From a virus (lineage: Duplodnaviria; Caudoviricetes): a DNA stretch of 64,000 nt. How positions within the stretch are numbered: the first letter of the stretch is position 1; each line of letters starts with the position of its first letter. This document shows positions 54,801 to 64,000 of this stretch, piece by piece. The position numbers were made by a program, and so were the translations under genes. The DNA lies in IMG/VR virus record IMGVR_UViG_2639762957_000001, positions 23,646-87,645 of that record; one strand, 5' to 3'. Under the pieces are notes generated by a model. The model ran no database searches, was not told the DNA's origin, and saw only the letters and a list, made by a program, of their open reading frames with translations.

Positions 54801-55600
54801 GTAATTCTTTCATCTGCTATTACCCCGAAGATATTTATTTCTCCTGGCTCATCTTTTCCAGCTTTTTTGCCGTTAATCCACCAGTCTATCATGTCGTCCG
54901 CAGAATCAAAGGTGCATTTCATCCCTCGTGCCTTACGCCGCTTAATTGCGAGTTCTGCGCCACCGCGCCACATGTAGTTATAGATGTGCGGCCATCGTTT
55001 CGCGTCTCGCTTCTGTTTTGCCGTGCCGCTAAAGGGACAACATATGCAGCCGATGCGTTTAAAGCCTTCATCGTACAGACTGCAATATGGGATATGATAC
55101 GTATGTATGTATTCCCAGATTTCCTCTGTACTCCAGTCAATGACCGGGTGTAGAAAGCGCTTCCCGTTTGGCTGCCTGCACGGTTCAATTAGCTTTCGCT
55201 TTTTTCGTCTGCTTGACTCCGCATGGCGTACACCCGTAACAACGAAGCGACCAGTGCCGCCGCGTTCTTTGAAGACCTTGCAGCAGTACCTGGCTAGTCG
55301 TGTTGGCAGAATCATATTTTTTTCGATGAGCTTTCTCATACTTATTGGGGGCTTTTCCATTGTGACTTCCGGGAATTTCTTATATATAAATCTCGTCAGC
55401 TCAGGTGGATCGACGGTCGTTACATTGTAGTGAGCATCAAATTTGACGCCAGCCCTTTTACATAAGTCCAGGACCACGGATGAGTCTTTCCCGCCACTAA
55501 ACGCGACATAGTACCCGTCCGGCGGCTCATTGAGTTGCAGCCTTTTGATAGCTAACAAGACTTTGTCTACTCTCCCGAATAAAGTATCTTCGCATAACAT
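54797..55600 (-). CDS. PAPS-reductase-family (PP-loop) protein
   Basis: AFSGGKDS, RYCC..FKE, GVR..ES..R, PV.DW, RIGCICCP. Confidence 0.85.
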   Translation of the reverse strand: MLCEDTLFGRVDKVLLAIKRLQLNEPPDGYYVAFSGGKDSSVVLDLCKRAGVKFDAHYNVTTVDPPELTRFIYKKFPEVTMEKPPISMRKLIEKNMILPTRLARYCCKVFKERGGTGRFVVTGVRHAESSRRKKRKLIEPCRQPNGKRFLHPVIDWSTEEIWEYIHTYHIPYCSLYDEGFKRIGCICCPFSGTAKQKRDAKRWPHIYNYMWRGGAELAIKRRKARGMKCTFDSADDMIDWWINGKKAGKDEPGEINIFGVIADERIT

Positions 55601-55646
55601 GTTCGTTACCTTCTACCATATACGCCCTAAATTAACTTAAAGTTTA

Positions 55647-55850
55647 TCAATATGGCAGCAAAATATATTCCTTATCAATCTTGTACAAATTGCATAAGGC
55701 TGCAAAATTTGCCGCATCAATAACGGTTTTACCGTTTTCCCAATTAACAATAGTTTGCTTGTTTTTCTGCATCTTTTTAGCTACATAAGATTGAGTCATA
55801 TTTGCATTGACCCGCGCAGCTTTTAAGGATATCTTAAGCATATCGTTCAC
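55647..55850 (-). CDS. Cro-like XRE HTH
   Basis: 'SLKAARVNA.MTQ..VA......QTI.NWENG'. Confidence 0.85.
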   Translation of the reverse strand: MNDMLKISLKAARVNANMTQSYVAKKMQKNKQTIVNWENGKTVIDAANFAALCNLYKIDKEYILLPY

Positions 55851-55864
55851 CTCTTTTCAACTAC

Positions 55865-55954
55865 ATCATAAATCAACTTTAAGTTTATGTCAATACTAAA
55901 AGTTTATTTTATCTATTTTTAGTGTTGACTAAAATCAACCAATAGTTATAGAAT
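55865..55954. promoter_or_regulatory. Lysis/lysogeny switch: divergent promoters and AACTTWAAGTT operators
   Basis: Leftward TTGACA-17-TATGAT (55893-55865); rightward TTGACT...TAGAAT (55925-55954); operator-like palindromes at ~55875 and ~55634. Confidence 0.7.
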
Positions 55955-55975
55955 ATTAGCAAAGGAGGTGTTCCC

Positions 55976-56368
55976 ATGGCAGATGAATCTAAAATAAAAA
56001 GAACATTTGCTCGTAACTTATCATTATATCTTAGTAAGCGTCAGAAGACTCAAAAGGATTTAGCTGATTATCTCGGCGTAAGTGGTACCACTGTAACAAA
56101 CTGGGTTCGTGGCTACAAAATGCCTCGAATGGATAAAATTGATAGAATTTGTACATTCTTAACGATTGGTAGGAATTCCTTATTAACAGATTCAAACGCC
56201 ACCACCTCACAAATAGTTGCTGAATCATTTTCTTTATCTGATGCCGAAAAAGAAATGATAAAAAAATACCGTCGCCTCACCCCAGAAGGCAAGAAGACGG
56301 TACTAACTATTCTGGATCTGCAATACGCAGCTGTTGCCCCAACGATTAAGAACGACAAGGCAATTTGA
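55976..56368 (+). CDS. CI-like XRE repressor
   Basis: 'TQKDLADYLGVS.TTVTNW..G..MPR'. Confidence 0.85.
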   Translation: MADESKIKRTFARNLSLYLSKRQKTQKDLADYLGVSGTTVTNWVRGYKMPRMDKIDRICTFLTIGRNSLLTDSNATTSQIVAESFSLSDAEKEMIKKYRRLTPEGKKTVLTILDLQYAAVAPTIKNDKAI

Positions 56369-56390
56369 TTGTTGTTGACTTCAAAAGGAG

Positions 56391-56834
56391 ATGATTTTTA
56401 TGTTGAACGCAGCTATTGGCATCTTTTTAATGACCTCTATTTTGCTCGTCCTCTACTGCCTAGGCAGATTGTTGTTACATCCTATTGTCTCCTTTTTTCA
56501 GAAGAAATCGGCGGGGCCTCCGCTGGTGCCTTCAAAGCCTTTTGCTGAACCAGTTCCCATCAACGTTCAAAAGCAATCAAAAGTTCTCCATAATCCGCAA
56601 AGACGTTTTCCTGTTCTATTCTCTATCGTAGTTTTCCTGCTGTTTTGTATTATTGGCTATCAAGAATGGCAAATTCATTTATTGACACAAAGAATAGATA
56701 AGGTGGAGTCTGATTCTAAATATTCTGATTTCCAATACGCTGTTGATTCTTTGAGGTCTGACTTTAATTATCTTGAATCGCGACTTGGTACTTGCGAGTC
56801 AGCTATTGAAGATATGCAGACGCAGGATTATTAA
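56391..56834 (+). CDS. Membrane protein (lysogenic cargo)
   Basis: Two TM segments plus coiled coil; N-terminus duplicated at 57310. Confidence 0.65.
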   Translation: MIFMLNAAIGIFLMTSILLVLYCLGRLLLHPIVSFFQKKSAGPPLVPSKPFAEPVPINVQKQSKVLHNPQRRFPVLFSIVVFLLFCIIGYQEWQIHLLTQRIDKVESDSKYSDFQYAVDSLRSDFNYLESRLGTCESAIEDMQTQDY

Positions 56835-56848
56835 GTAAAGGGGATGAG

Positions 56849-57313
56849 TTGATGAGAAAAGTTTTATCAGCCTTGATTTTCTTTATACTGATTTGTACTA
56901 TGAGTTACGCTAATTATTTTGATAATTATCCTAAGCGTTTTGTCAGTTACGATTCTACGTCCCGTTTTAAAGCATACATTGATATGGACTCTGTGAATGT
57001 TGTTCGCTATGATCCCCCGTATTATGAAATAGAAGCAACGACATATTACTTCGATTATGTTCTTCATTCCGGGCTTAAACGCTCTATGCTCTTTTATTAT
57101 GACTATGATAAACAAACTATTGCTTATCAGTTACAATCCCTTTATGAATGTGATGAAGACGGAAATGTCGGCCGCGGAGGTCATTCTTCTATAAAAACCA
57201 TAATACCGTTTAAAAAATATAGCCCAGGATATTGTGCTGGAGAATTTGCATTTGTGAAAGCGTACGGGGTATTTTTCACTAAAGAATTGTTATTTGACTT
57301 CAAAAGGAGATGA
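56849..57313 (+). CDS. Secreted hypothetical protein
   Basis: Signal peptide; 'YID.DSV.V.RYDPPYY.I'. Confidence 0.65.
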   Translation: MMRKVLSALIFFILICTMSYANYFDNYPKRFVSYDSTSRFKAYIDMDSVNVVRYDPPYYEIEATTYYFDYVLHSGLKRSMLFYYDYDKQTIAYQLQSLYECDEDGNVGRGGHSSIKTIIPFKKYSPGYCAGEFAFVKAYGVFFTKELLFDFKRR

Positions 57314-57960
57314 CTCTTATGTTGCACATAGCTATTGGCATTTTTTTAATAACTGTTGTCCTACTCGTCCTCTATTGTCTAGGCAGATTATTATTACATC
57401 CCATTGTCTCCTTTTTCCAAAACAAGTCACTTGCTTCTCCGAATATTGCCCCCAATACTTCCTCCAAAGCTTCTATGAATTCATCCCCTACTCTCACTAA
57501 AAGACAATTAAAAATCATGAAAGTAGTGACTATTTTGTTCGGTATATGTATTATTGTTTTCGGCTTTCTAATATGGTCTCTCAATAATGTACATGTCTAT
57601 GCTAAAATTCCTGGAACTTATCTTTCCAATATTGACTCTTACCAATATACGCAAGCTGGAGACAATGCGTATATTAGAAAACATGGGGCATCTGCTCATG
57701 AATATTTTGCAACACGTCCTAGGTATTATCAACGAGTTGTTAAAATCATCCCAGCATCAAATAAGCTGCTTTCTTTTAATATACTGGCTTATGCTGCCAA
57801 TGAAAAAGGTCAACATTTTGATATGGAATATAAGGCCGTGACGGCCACTGCACCAATGTTAGATTTATTAAAATACAAGGCTCTGTCACAACAAATGGTT
57901 GATTTTTGACGAGAAATAGCGTATAATAATAGTAAGAAACAGTACCACCGAAGGAGGTAA

Positions 57961-59004
57961 TTGGATATGCCTACTATCAAAGACGCATTAGATATTATCG
58001 GTAAGTTGACTGTCGCAGAGCAGGAAAGCCTTAAAACAATGCTTTTAAGTCCTGCCTTTGTAAAGTCTTTGAATATTGAAGATTTCGTAGCAAAGGAACG
58101 CTTTGCAAATGGTCGTGTATGCCCTCTTTGTGGCTGTATCCATGTGGTTCGCAATGGTCATCGTAAAGATGGCACACAGCGATATGTATGTAAGGATTGT
58201 GGCAAGTCCTTCGTGATTGCTACGAACTCCATTGTGTCTGGTACAAGAAAAGACTTGTCCGTGTGGGAGCAGTACATTGATTGTATGATGAATGGCTTAT
58301 CCATTCGTAAGACTGCTGTTGCTTGTGGGATTCACAGAAACACCGCATTCCTTTGGAGACACAAGATTTTGGATGCACTTCAGAATATGGCAGACGATGT
58401 TACCCTTGACGGCATTATTGAGGCTGACGAAACTTTTTTCGCCATCTCGTACAAGGGCAATCATAGCAAGAGTAAGACATTTGCTATGCCACGCAAGGCT
58501 CATAAGCGTGGTCATTCTACACATATCAGAGGCTTGTCCCAAGAAAAGGTATGTGTTCCTTGTGCGGTTAATAGGAATGGCTTGTCTATCTCCAAGATTA
58601 CGAATACTGGTAGAGTTTCTACAAGAGATTTACATCATATTTATGATGGTAGGATTAAGACCAATTCCACTCTTGTTACGGACAAGATGAACTCCTATGT
58701 GAGATTTACAAATGCCAATGGCATTGACCTTGTGCAGTTAAAGACTGGCAAAGCCAAGAAAGGCATTTATAATATCCAACATATCAATAGCTACCATAGC
58801 CAGCTAAAGAGGTTTATGCGTGGCTTTAACGGTGTTTCTACCAAGTATCTGAACAACTATCTTGTGTGGAATAACCTTGTAAATTACGCCAAAGAAAGCG
58901 ACATGGAGAAAAGGAACATCTTCTTAACTTTTGTTTTGGCAACATTGAAAACTGCTAAATGCAGAGATTTATCAAACAGACCAGCAGTTCCTCTGGTCGC
59001 CTAA
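57961..59004 (+). CDS. IS1595-family transposase
   Basis: Zn ribbon CPLC/CKDC, HTH, IEADETF, LVTD, 'IQHINSYHS.LK', 'GVSTKYL'. Confidence 0.92.
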   Translation: MDMPTIKDALDIIGKLTVAEQESLKTMLLSPAFVKSLNIEDFVAKERFANGRVCPLCGCIHVVRNGHRKDGTQRYVCKDCGKSFVIATNSIVSGTRKDLSVWEQYIDCMMNGLSIRKTAVACGIHRNTAFLWRHKILDALQNMADDVTLDGIIEADETFFAISYKGNHSKSKTFAMPRKAHKRGHSTHIRGLSQEKVCVPCAVNRNGLSISKITNTGRVSTRDLHHIYDGRIKTNSTLVTDKMNSYVRFTNANGIDLVQLKTGKAKKGIYNIQHINSYHSQLKRFMRGFNGVSTKYLNNYLVWNNLVNYAKESDMEKRNIFLTFVLATLKTAKCRDLSNRPAVPLVA

Positions 59005-59027
59005 TTAGAATTTGTGGAGATGATAAG

Positions 59028-59522
59028 ATGGTCAATATAACAGATGTAAAACAGATTCTTCAATTTGCAATAGATGCGGAGATTAAAGTCTTTCTTGATG
59101 GTGGCTGGGGTGTAGATGCTCTTCTTGGATATCAGTCAAGAGCCCATAATGATATTGACATTTTTGTAGAAAAGAACGATTATCAGAACTTTATAGAAAT
59201 AATGAAAGCTAATGGCTTTTATGAGATTAAGATGGAATATACAACATTGAACCATACTGTATGGGAAGATTTGAAAAACAGAATTATTGATTTGCATTGT
59301 TTTGAATATACGGACGAAGGTGAAATTCTTTATGATGGGGATTGTTTTCCGGTAGAAACTTTTTCAGGTAAAGGAAGAATTGAGGAAATAGAGGTTTCCT
59401 GTATTGAACCATATAGTCAAGTAATGTTCCATCTGGGATACGAGTTTGATGAAAATGATGCACATGATGTGAAGTTATTGTGTGAGACACTTCATATCGA
59501 AATTCCAAATGAGTATAGATAA
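59028..59522 (+). CDS. lnuC: Lincosamide nucleotidyltransferase Lnu(C)
   Basis: 164 aa MVNITDVKQIL...; DGGWGVDALLG.QSR.H.DIDI. Confidence 0.92.
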   Translation: MVNITDVKQILQFAIDAEIKVFLDGGWGVDALLGYQSRAHNDIDIFVEKNDYQNFIEIMKANGFYEIKMEYTTLNHTVWEDLKNRIIDLHCFEYTDEGEILYDGDCFPVETFSGKGRIEEIEVSCIEPYSQVMFHLGYEFDENDAHDVKLLCETLHIEIPNEYR

Positions 59523-59933
59523 CTGCAAATAACAGTTTGTAGGGGAGTTCTGATACTCCCCTATAAAAATGGCTATTTATCAACTGTTTGTTGTGACATA
59601 GCCAAATACAAATATCAAAATAAGCCTATAAAGATTTCTTTCGTGGATCATAAAAAGAATATCGGTTCTATAGTAATAGATCCCAATAAACCAAGCTATC
59701 CTCACATTTTATTATCAGTCCCCGATAAAGAAGTAATGGCCGATGGTGTAGGAGTCTATTTTAACTCAATAGGTCCCAATATCACTCATACTTATCTAAG
59801 GGTAAAAGGCTCTACTAATTTCGATGATTTTAAGAAAACAGTTAATGATAATCTATCAAATAAGGTTCAAAAACAAGATGAGGAAATTTCTCAAGCAATT
59901 AAAAATCTAAAAGCATTTTACGAAGGTGAATAA

Positions 59934-59970
59934 AAAAATCCCCCGCCGCGCCCCATTGCGGCAGGGGATT
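59934..59970. terminator. Intrinsic terminator
   Basis: AATCCCC-GCCGC...GCGGC-AGGGGATT hairpin. Confidence 0.6.
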
Positions 59971-60112
59971 CAAGATGAAGCTGCTTTTTGTTATTTCGCC
60001 AGAAAGGGCAATTCCGAAAAAAACAGTTAAGCGCTTCTTGCTTATTGCTGTGTACAACAAGCCTGTTACCATTCTACCATATACGTCCTCTCTTTGAAAG
60101 GGAGGATTTCAA

Positions 60113-61228
60113 ATGTTTGTTCGTAAAATTAAAAATCGTTGGTACTATACCATTAATGAAGTCGATCAGTACGGCGTCCGTCATAAGCATGAGCATTTCG
60201 GCGGCTTCACCCGTGCCGAAGCCTGCCGGGCCTATCGCCTGGCCATGGCCGAGCAGGACCGGACTGGGAAATACTTTGAACCGTCGTCGATGACCTTTAC
60301 CGCGTTCCTCCAAGAATGGTTAGAAAAATACGCCCGCCATTATTTGAAGCCGAACACGATAGACGCCTACGACGCAGCCATCCGCAACCACATTGCCCCG
60401 GTCTTCGGCTCCTGGAAACTGCGCGAGCTGACCACGGCCGCCTTCCAGGACTGGGTGCTGGAATTGAAAGAACAGTATTCTAAATCGACGGTAAAGAGCA
60501 TCATGAGTTGCCTTCGTTCGTCCCTGCGCTGGGCCGTCGCCAACCGTCACTATTTACTCACCAACCCCATGGACAACGTCAAGCTGCCGCCATACCGGAC
60601 ATCGCCGAAAAAGCCGGAAGTCTTTACGCCCGAAGCCATCCAGGCTATTTTCGCACAGTTCCCCGCAGGCCGCCCGATTCACATGCCCTGCGTCCTATCC
60701 TATTACACGGGTATGAGACTGGGCGAGTGCCTGGCCCTCACGTGGGATAACATCGACATGAAAGCCCGTACCCTCCGCATCACCGGCACGGTCTACGACA
60801 AAAAAGGCCTGCCGAAAATCACCGCCGCGAAGACCGTGTCGTCGGTCCGGACCATTACCTTTGGTTCCAAACTCTACGCTGAATTGAAAGCACAGAAATT
60901 ATGGCAGGACAAAAACCGCTTCCAGGCTGGTCCCTTTTACCGCGAGGATCCGCAGCACAAATTCGTCTGCACCATGGATGACGGGCGCCAGATGACGAGC
61001 AACAACGTCAAATACTTCGGCATGTGGTGCAAAAAACATTTCCCCGGCACGAGCTTCCATTCGTTCCGGCACACTCACGCCACAATGTTAATCGAGCACG
61101 GTCTGCCCCTGGACTACGTTTCCAAACGTTTGGGACATTCATCTATCTACACCACGGCCAACGTCTACGACACCGTCACGGATAAACGCGAAAAAGCTGC
61201 CGTCGACGCCATGGAACAATTTCTGTAA
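60113..61228 (+). CDS. int: Prophage tyrosine integrase
   Basis: GMRLGE, HSFRHTHAT, RLGH, Y; clearly homologous to 19843-20949. Confidence 0.95.
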   Translation: MFVRKIKNRWYYTINEVDQYGVRHKHEHFGGFTRAEACRAYRLAMAEQDRTGKYFEPSSMTFTAFLQEWLEKYARHYLKPNTIDAYDAAIRNHIAPVFGSWKLRELTTAAFQDWVLELKEQYSKSTVKSIMSCLRSSLRWAVANRHYLLTNPMDNVKLPPYRTSPKKPEVFTPEAIQAIFAQFPAGRPIHMPCVLSYYTGMRLGECLALTWDNIDMKARTLRITGTVYDKKGLPKITAAKTVSSVRTITFGSKLYAELKAQKLWQDKNRFQAGPFYREDPQHKFVCTMDDGRQMTSNNVKYFGMWCKKHFPGTSFHSFRHTHATMLIEHGLPLDYVSKRLGHSSIYTTANVYDTVTDKREKAAVDAMEQFL

Positions 61229-61329
61229 TTGAGAACAAAACCGCCCCGCCTTCCGTCCTGGAGAGCCGAGGACGGAAGAAAGGACGGAAGAACCCCCGCA
61301 AGCCGCACAGGGCCTAGAGGTTGAATTAT

Positions 61330-61347
61330 CGTTAAATTATCGTAAGT
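61330..61347 (+). repeat. Right att core of the prophage
   Basis: Identical to 21129-21146. Confidence 0.85.
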
Positions 61348-61508
61348 TATTTTAAATGAGAATGGAGGTGCATATTGTAACACTTTCTATCCAGCGATGG
61401 TGCTTGGCCTATTTCCGCTCATTTCTTCTTAAAATCTTTCTTGACCTTAACCAGAATGGTCAGCTGCTTTTGCAGTTGGCCATTCTGGTTTTATTTGTTT
61501 CTATGTTT

Positions 61509-62558
61509 TTACAAGCTCCAGCCACGGTACATTTCTTCTTCAACCCGTTCCAGTTCATCTTTCTTTTTGCGATGATCTTCATCATCCCACCATGCCTGAT
61601 ATCGGCCGTGAGTATCTTCGACAGCTTTTTCCAGGAAGTGATTGATTTTCCCCAACACTTCCGTTTGGCGCTGCTGATGAACGGCCTCTGTATGCGGCGG
61701 ATAGTGATTGCCTTCTCCCCGCTTGAGAATTGTCTTCTTGGCACTGCCATAGAGCCGGACGGTGTCTTTAGTCCGGGAAACATCGAGTATTTCTTTTCCA
61801 TTAGGTCCCATAGTCAGCGTATACACAGACGCCTGGCCTTTTTCGACGGTATCTCCTAAAAGGAGTGCCGTCTTTTTTTGTGGTTCCAATTTCCCTGTCG
61901 GTATATCGCTCAGGACCACATAAGCCCGGCCATTATGTGATAGTATCTGGAAGTCTTTCAATGGTTTGCCGCCTTCCAGTTTGCTGTGACGCATGACGAG
62001 TCTTGGCAGCTGCCGTGAATACAGGATGCGATCCGAGTCCGGAACGTTTTCTTTGAGTTCGCCTGCTTTAGCCAGGTACATCTTTTCTTTGTTTTTAGCT
62101 TTGATGACTTCATCGTAGATTTTCTTGGCTTCTTCCTGGTTAGCCTTATTCTGCTGGGCCAGTTCGTCTACGATGCGCTGGATATCATCTTCTTTTTTAC
62201 GCAGTTCTTCATTATAATCTTTCAGCTGTTTTTCCATGGCCTGTTTTTAGCGCAGCTTGTCCGAATAAGACAGATAGAATTCCTTTTTCTGCTTATATGG
62301 GACGTCTTTCAGCTCGATATACTTCTTTTCCCTTGGCTTGAGTGCGTCTAGGATACGTTGATGACGTTTCTTTAGATTATGATAATCTTTACCGATGATA
62401 CGTTCGATAGCTATGTTTCTAAACAAATGTTCTGGAATGACTTTGGCCTTGACTTCTTTATATTTTGCCAGCTGTTCAGCCTGCCTCTTCGACTGTTCCT
62501 TAGCCCGTGCTTTCAGGCCGGCATAGACGTCATTTGCCGTGACAACGATGGGTTCATG
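61509..62558 (-). pseudogene. 3' remnant of a large coiled-coil gene (possibly MobA/MobL-associated), with in-frame nonsense
   Basis: The frame continues upstream of 62237 through a single TAA (62247-62249) to ~62558; the 5' part is absent. The family call is tentative. Confidence 0.5.
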
Positions 62559-62755
62559 ATTGCAGGGCTTCTAGCGAACTCATGATTATGCTGTTTGTGC
62601 GTTATCCAACGGATCCTTTACGACTGGCGAATCGTACACAGTAAAGGGGCAATATCTATACACCGTGTTTCGTCGCGATTTCCCTCTAAGTCCCAGGCAA
62701 CAGTACCATTTAATACAGTCATGCACGAGCGAAATGTATTTAAATCCTGTAACTT

Positions 62756-64000
62756 TGGTCCTATGTCAAGTTTGAGTACAAATTAAATTGAGGTTTCTAT
62801 CAATCAGTTATCCAGCAATCAAAGCTGCCTTTTTCTTGTAGTTTGCATATAATTTTTCATAGTCATTTGGTGACATATAGTTACAGTGACTGTGAATTCG
62901 AACAGTATTATAAAACGTGTTAATGTATTCAAACACCAGCATATAGGCTTGTTGATAATTTTCAATCTTAAATCGATTCAGCCATTCTCGCTTAATCAAG
63001 GCATGGAATGATTCTATGCAGGCATTATCCCATGGATAGCCTTTCTTCGAATAGCTGCGGCGCATCTGTGCGGTTTCCTTGATATAGGATTGCGAAAGAT
63101 ATTGGCAACCGCGGTCCGTGTGAATTACTACCAGACGGCCTGGATTCCTGGTTTGCTTTGCCATTTGAATCATCCTAACAATGCTAGATGCATTCAACTT
63201 CCGGGATAAATTCCAGGCAATGATTTTTCGAGAAAACAAATCCATGATACTGGCCAGATACACAAATCCTTCAGTGGTCCAAATATAAGTAATATCGCTG
63301 CACCAGATTGTGTCTGGTCTTGGCGGATTAAATTGTTCTTGCAGAATGTTAACCAATATGGCATCCAAACAACGGCTCTGGGTCGTAACGGTATAATGCT
63401 TGACCCAACAAGCACGAATCCCCATTTGCCGCATGTAAAGGCCCACTGTCCTTTCGGAAATACATTCACCTTTCTGTTGAAGCAATTTAGTAATTTTGGG
63501 TGCTCCATAGATATGCTTTGAATCTTCGTAAATGGTTTGAATCTGTTTTTTTACCTCCTTACGGTGCGTAGCTTGTTTGGATAATTTGCGATGACTCCAT
63601 CCATAGTAACCTGATGTAGAAACGCCCAGTTCTGCCAGCACTCCAGATACCGAAAAATGGCGTTTCTCCTGATGGGCTTTTTCAGCTTCCTGTTTGACGC
63701 TATGGTAAATGGCAGGGATTATTTGTCTAGAATGCTGATAGCTTTTTTTAAGACATTGATGGCATCCTTGGCATCTCGTAATTCACGTTTCAAACGAGCG
63801 ATTTCCTTGGCTTCATCAGATGCATAGTTTCCGGATCCGCGATATGGCATTTCCCCATTATCCCGCAATTGCTTTTGCCATCGGGACAGTGTCTGTTGGG
63901 AAATTCCTAAATTATGGGCACACCCAATCAGTCCTAAATCACGATGATCATGGTAATATTGGACAGCATCCACTTTGAATTGTTTGTTGAACTTCGTCAT
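62756..64000 (-). mobile_element. IS3-family insertion sequence (left end outside the window)
   Basis: OrfA 63719-64000 (HTH), OrfB DDE (WCSDITY, HTDRGCQY, DNACIESF), A7G -1 slippery site at ~63742-63750, probable IR TGGTCCTATGTCAAG at 62756. Confidence 0.9.

Larger units (their letters stand above)
57879..59603 (+). mobile_element. MTnSag1/ISSag10-type IS1595-family transposon carrying lnu(C)
   Basis: Imperfect 25-bp TIRs GGCTCTGTCACAACAAATGGTTGAT / ATCAACTGTTTGTTGTGACATAGCC; 8-bp TSD AAATACAA at 57871-57878 and 59604-59611. Confidence 0.92.
57310..59933 (+). pseudogene. Membrane protein gene interrupted by the lnu(C) transposon
   Basis: Removing 57879-59603 plus one TSD restores the frame: ...LLKYK-YQNKPIKISFVDHKKNIG... 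to TAA 59933. Confidence 0.85.
21129..61347. mobile_element. Temperate podovirus prophage (T7-like/BPP-1-like virion module), ~40.2 kb, apparently complete
   Basis: 18-bp direct repeats, internal AGGACGGAAG arm sites at both ends (21288; 61269, 61281, inverted 61250), and full lysogeny-replication-packaging-virion-lysis gene order. Confidence 0.9.

Noticed and set aside
58959-59027. Longer 187-aa start for lnu(C)
   Set aside because: It overlaps the transposase; GGAG precedes ATG 59028, giving the expected 164-aa protein.
59643-59933. Independent 96-aa gene
   Set aside because: It is the in-frame 3' part of the 57310 gene split by the lnu(C) transposon.
63719-63760. IS3 OrfA/OrfB split as a pseudogene
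   Set aside because: The A7G slippery motif with OrfB in the -1 frame is the normal programmed frameshift of IS3-family elements.

Overview
This window is almost entirely mobile DNA, most likely from a Negativicutes (Megasphaera/Acidaminococcus-like) gut bacterium; the host is inferred from blaACI and the spanin-like lysis genes. (1) 1-4.1 kb is a rearranged resistance mosaic: a truncated large serine recombinase, an RlmA(II)/TlrB-like 23S rRNA methyltransferase preceded by a macrolide-arrest-type leader peptide (MTAHMRLR), a frameshifted blaACI class A beta-lactamase, and a chimeric restriction-modification/recombinase remnant. (2) About 4.1-21.15 kb is a capsid-less integrative element. It has a phage-like int/cI/cro/xis/replisome-organiser module joined to conjugative leading-region-type genes (ArdC, PrimPol, lytic transglycosylase, polyvalent protein, Frpo-like hairpin). 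(3) 21129-61347 is an apparently complete ~40.2 kb temperate T7/BPP-1-type podovirus prophage bounded by an 18-bp att core (CGTTAAATTATCGTAAGT) that also closes element 2. It carries an HUH Rep plus ParAB, a Tad2-like anti-defence fusion, overlapping spanin-like genes, an inverted tail-fibre tip relic, a repeat-delimited array of convergent gene-pair cassettes in the early operon, and an MTnSag1-type lnu(C) transposon. (4) Above 61.35 kb there is a decayed large gene (possibly Mob-associated) and an IS3-family element running off the end. All protein family calls come from motif recognition by eye; no database search was run.
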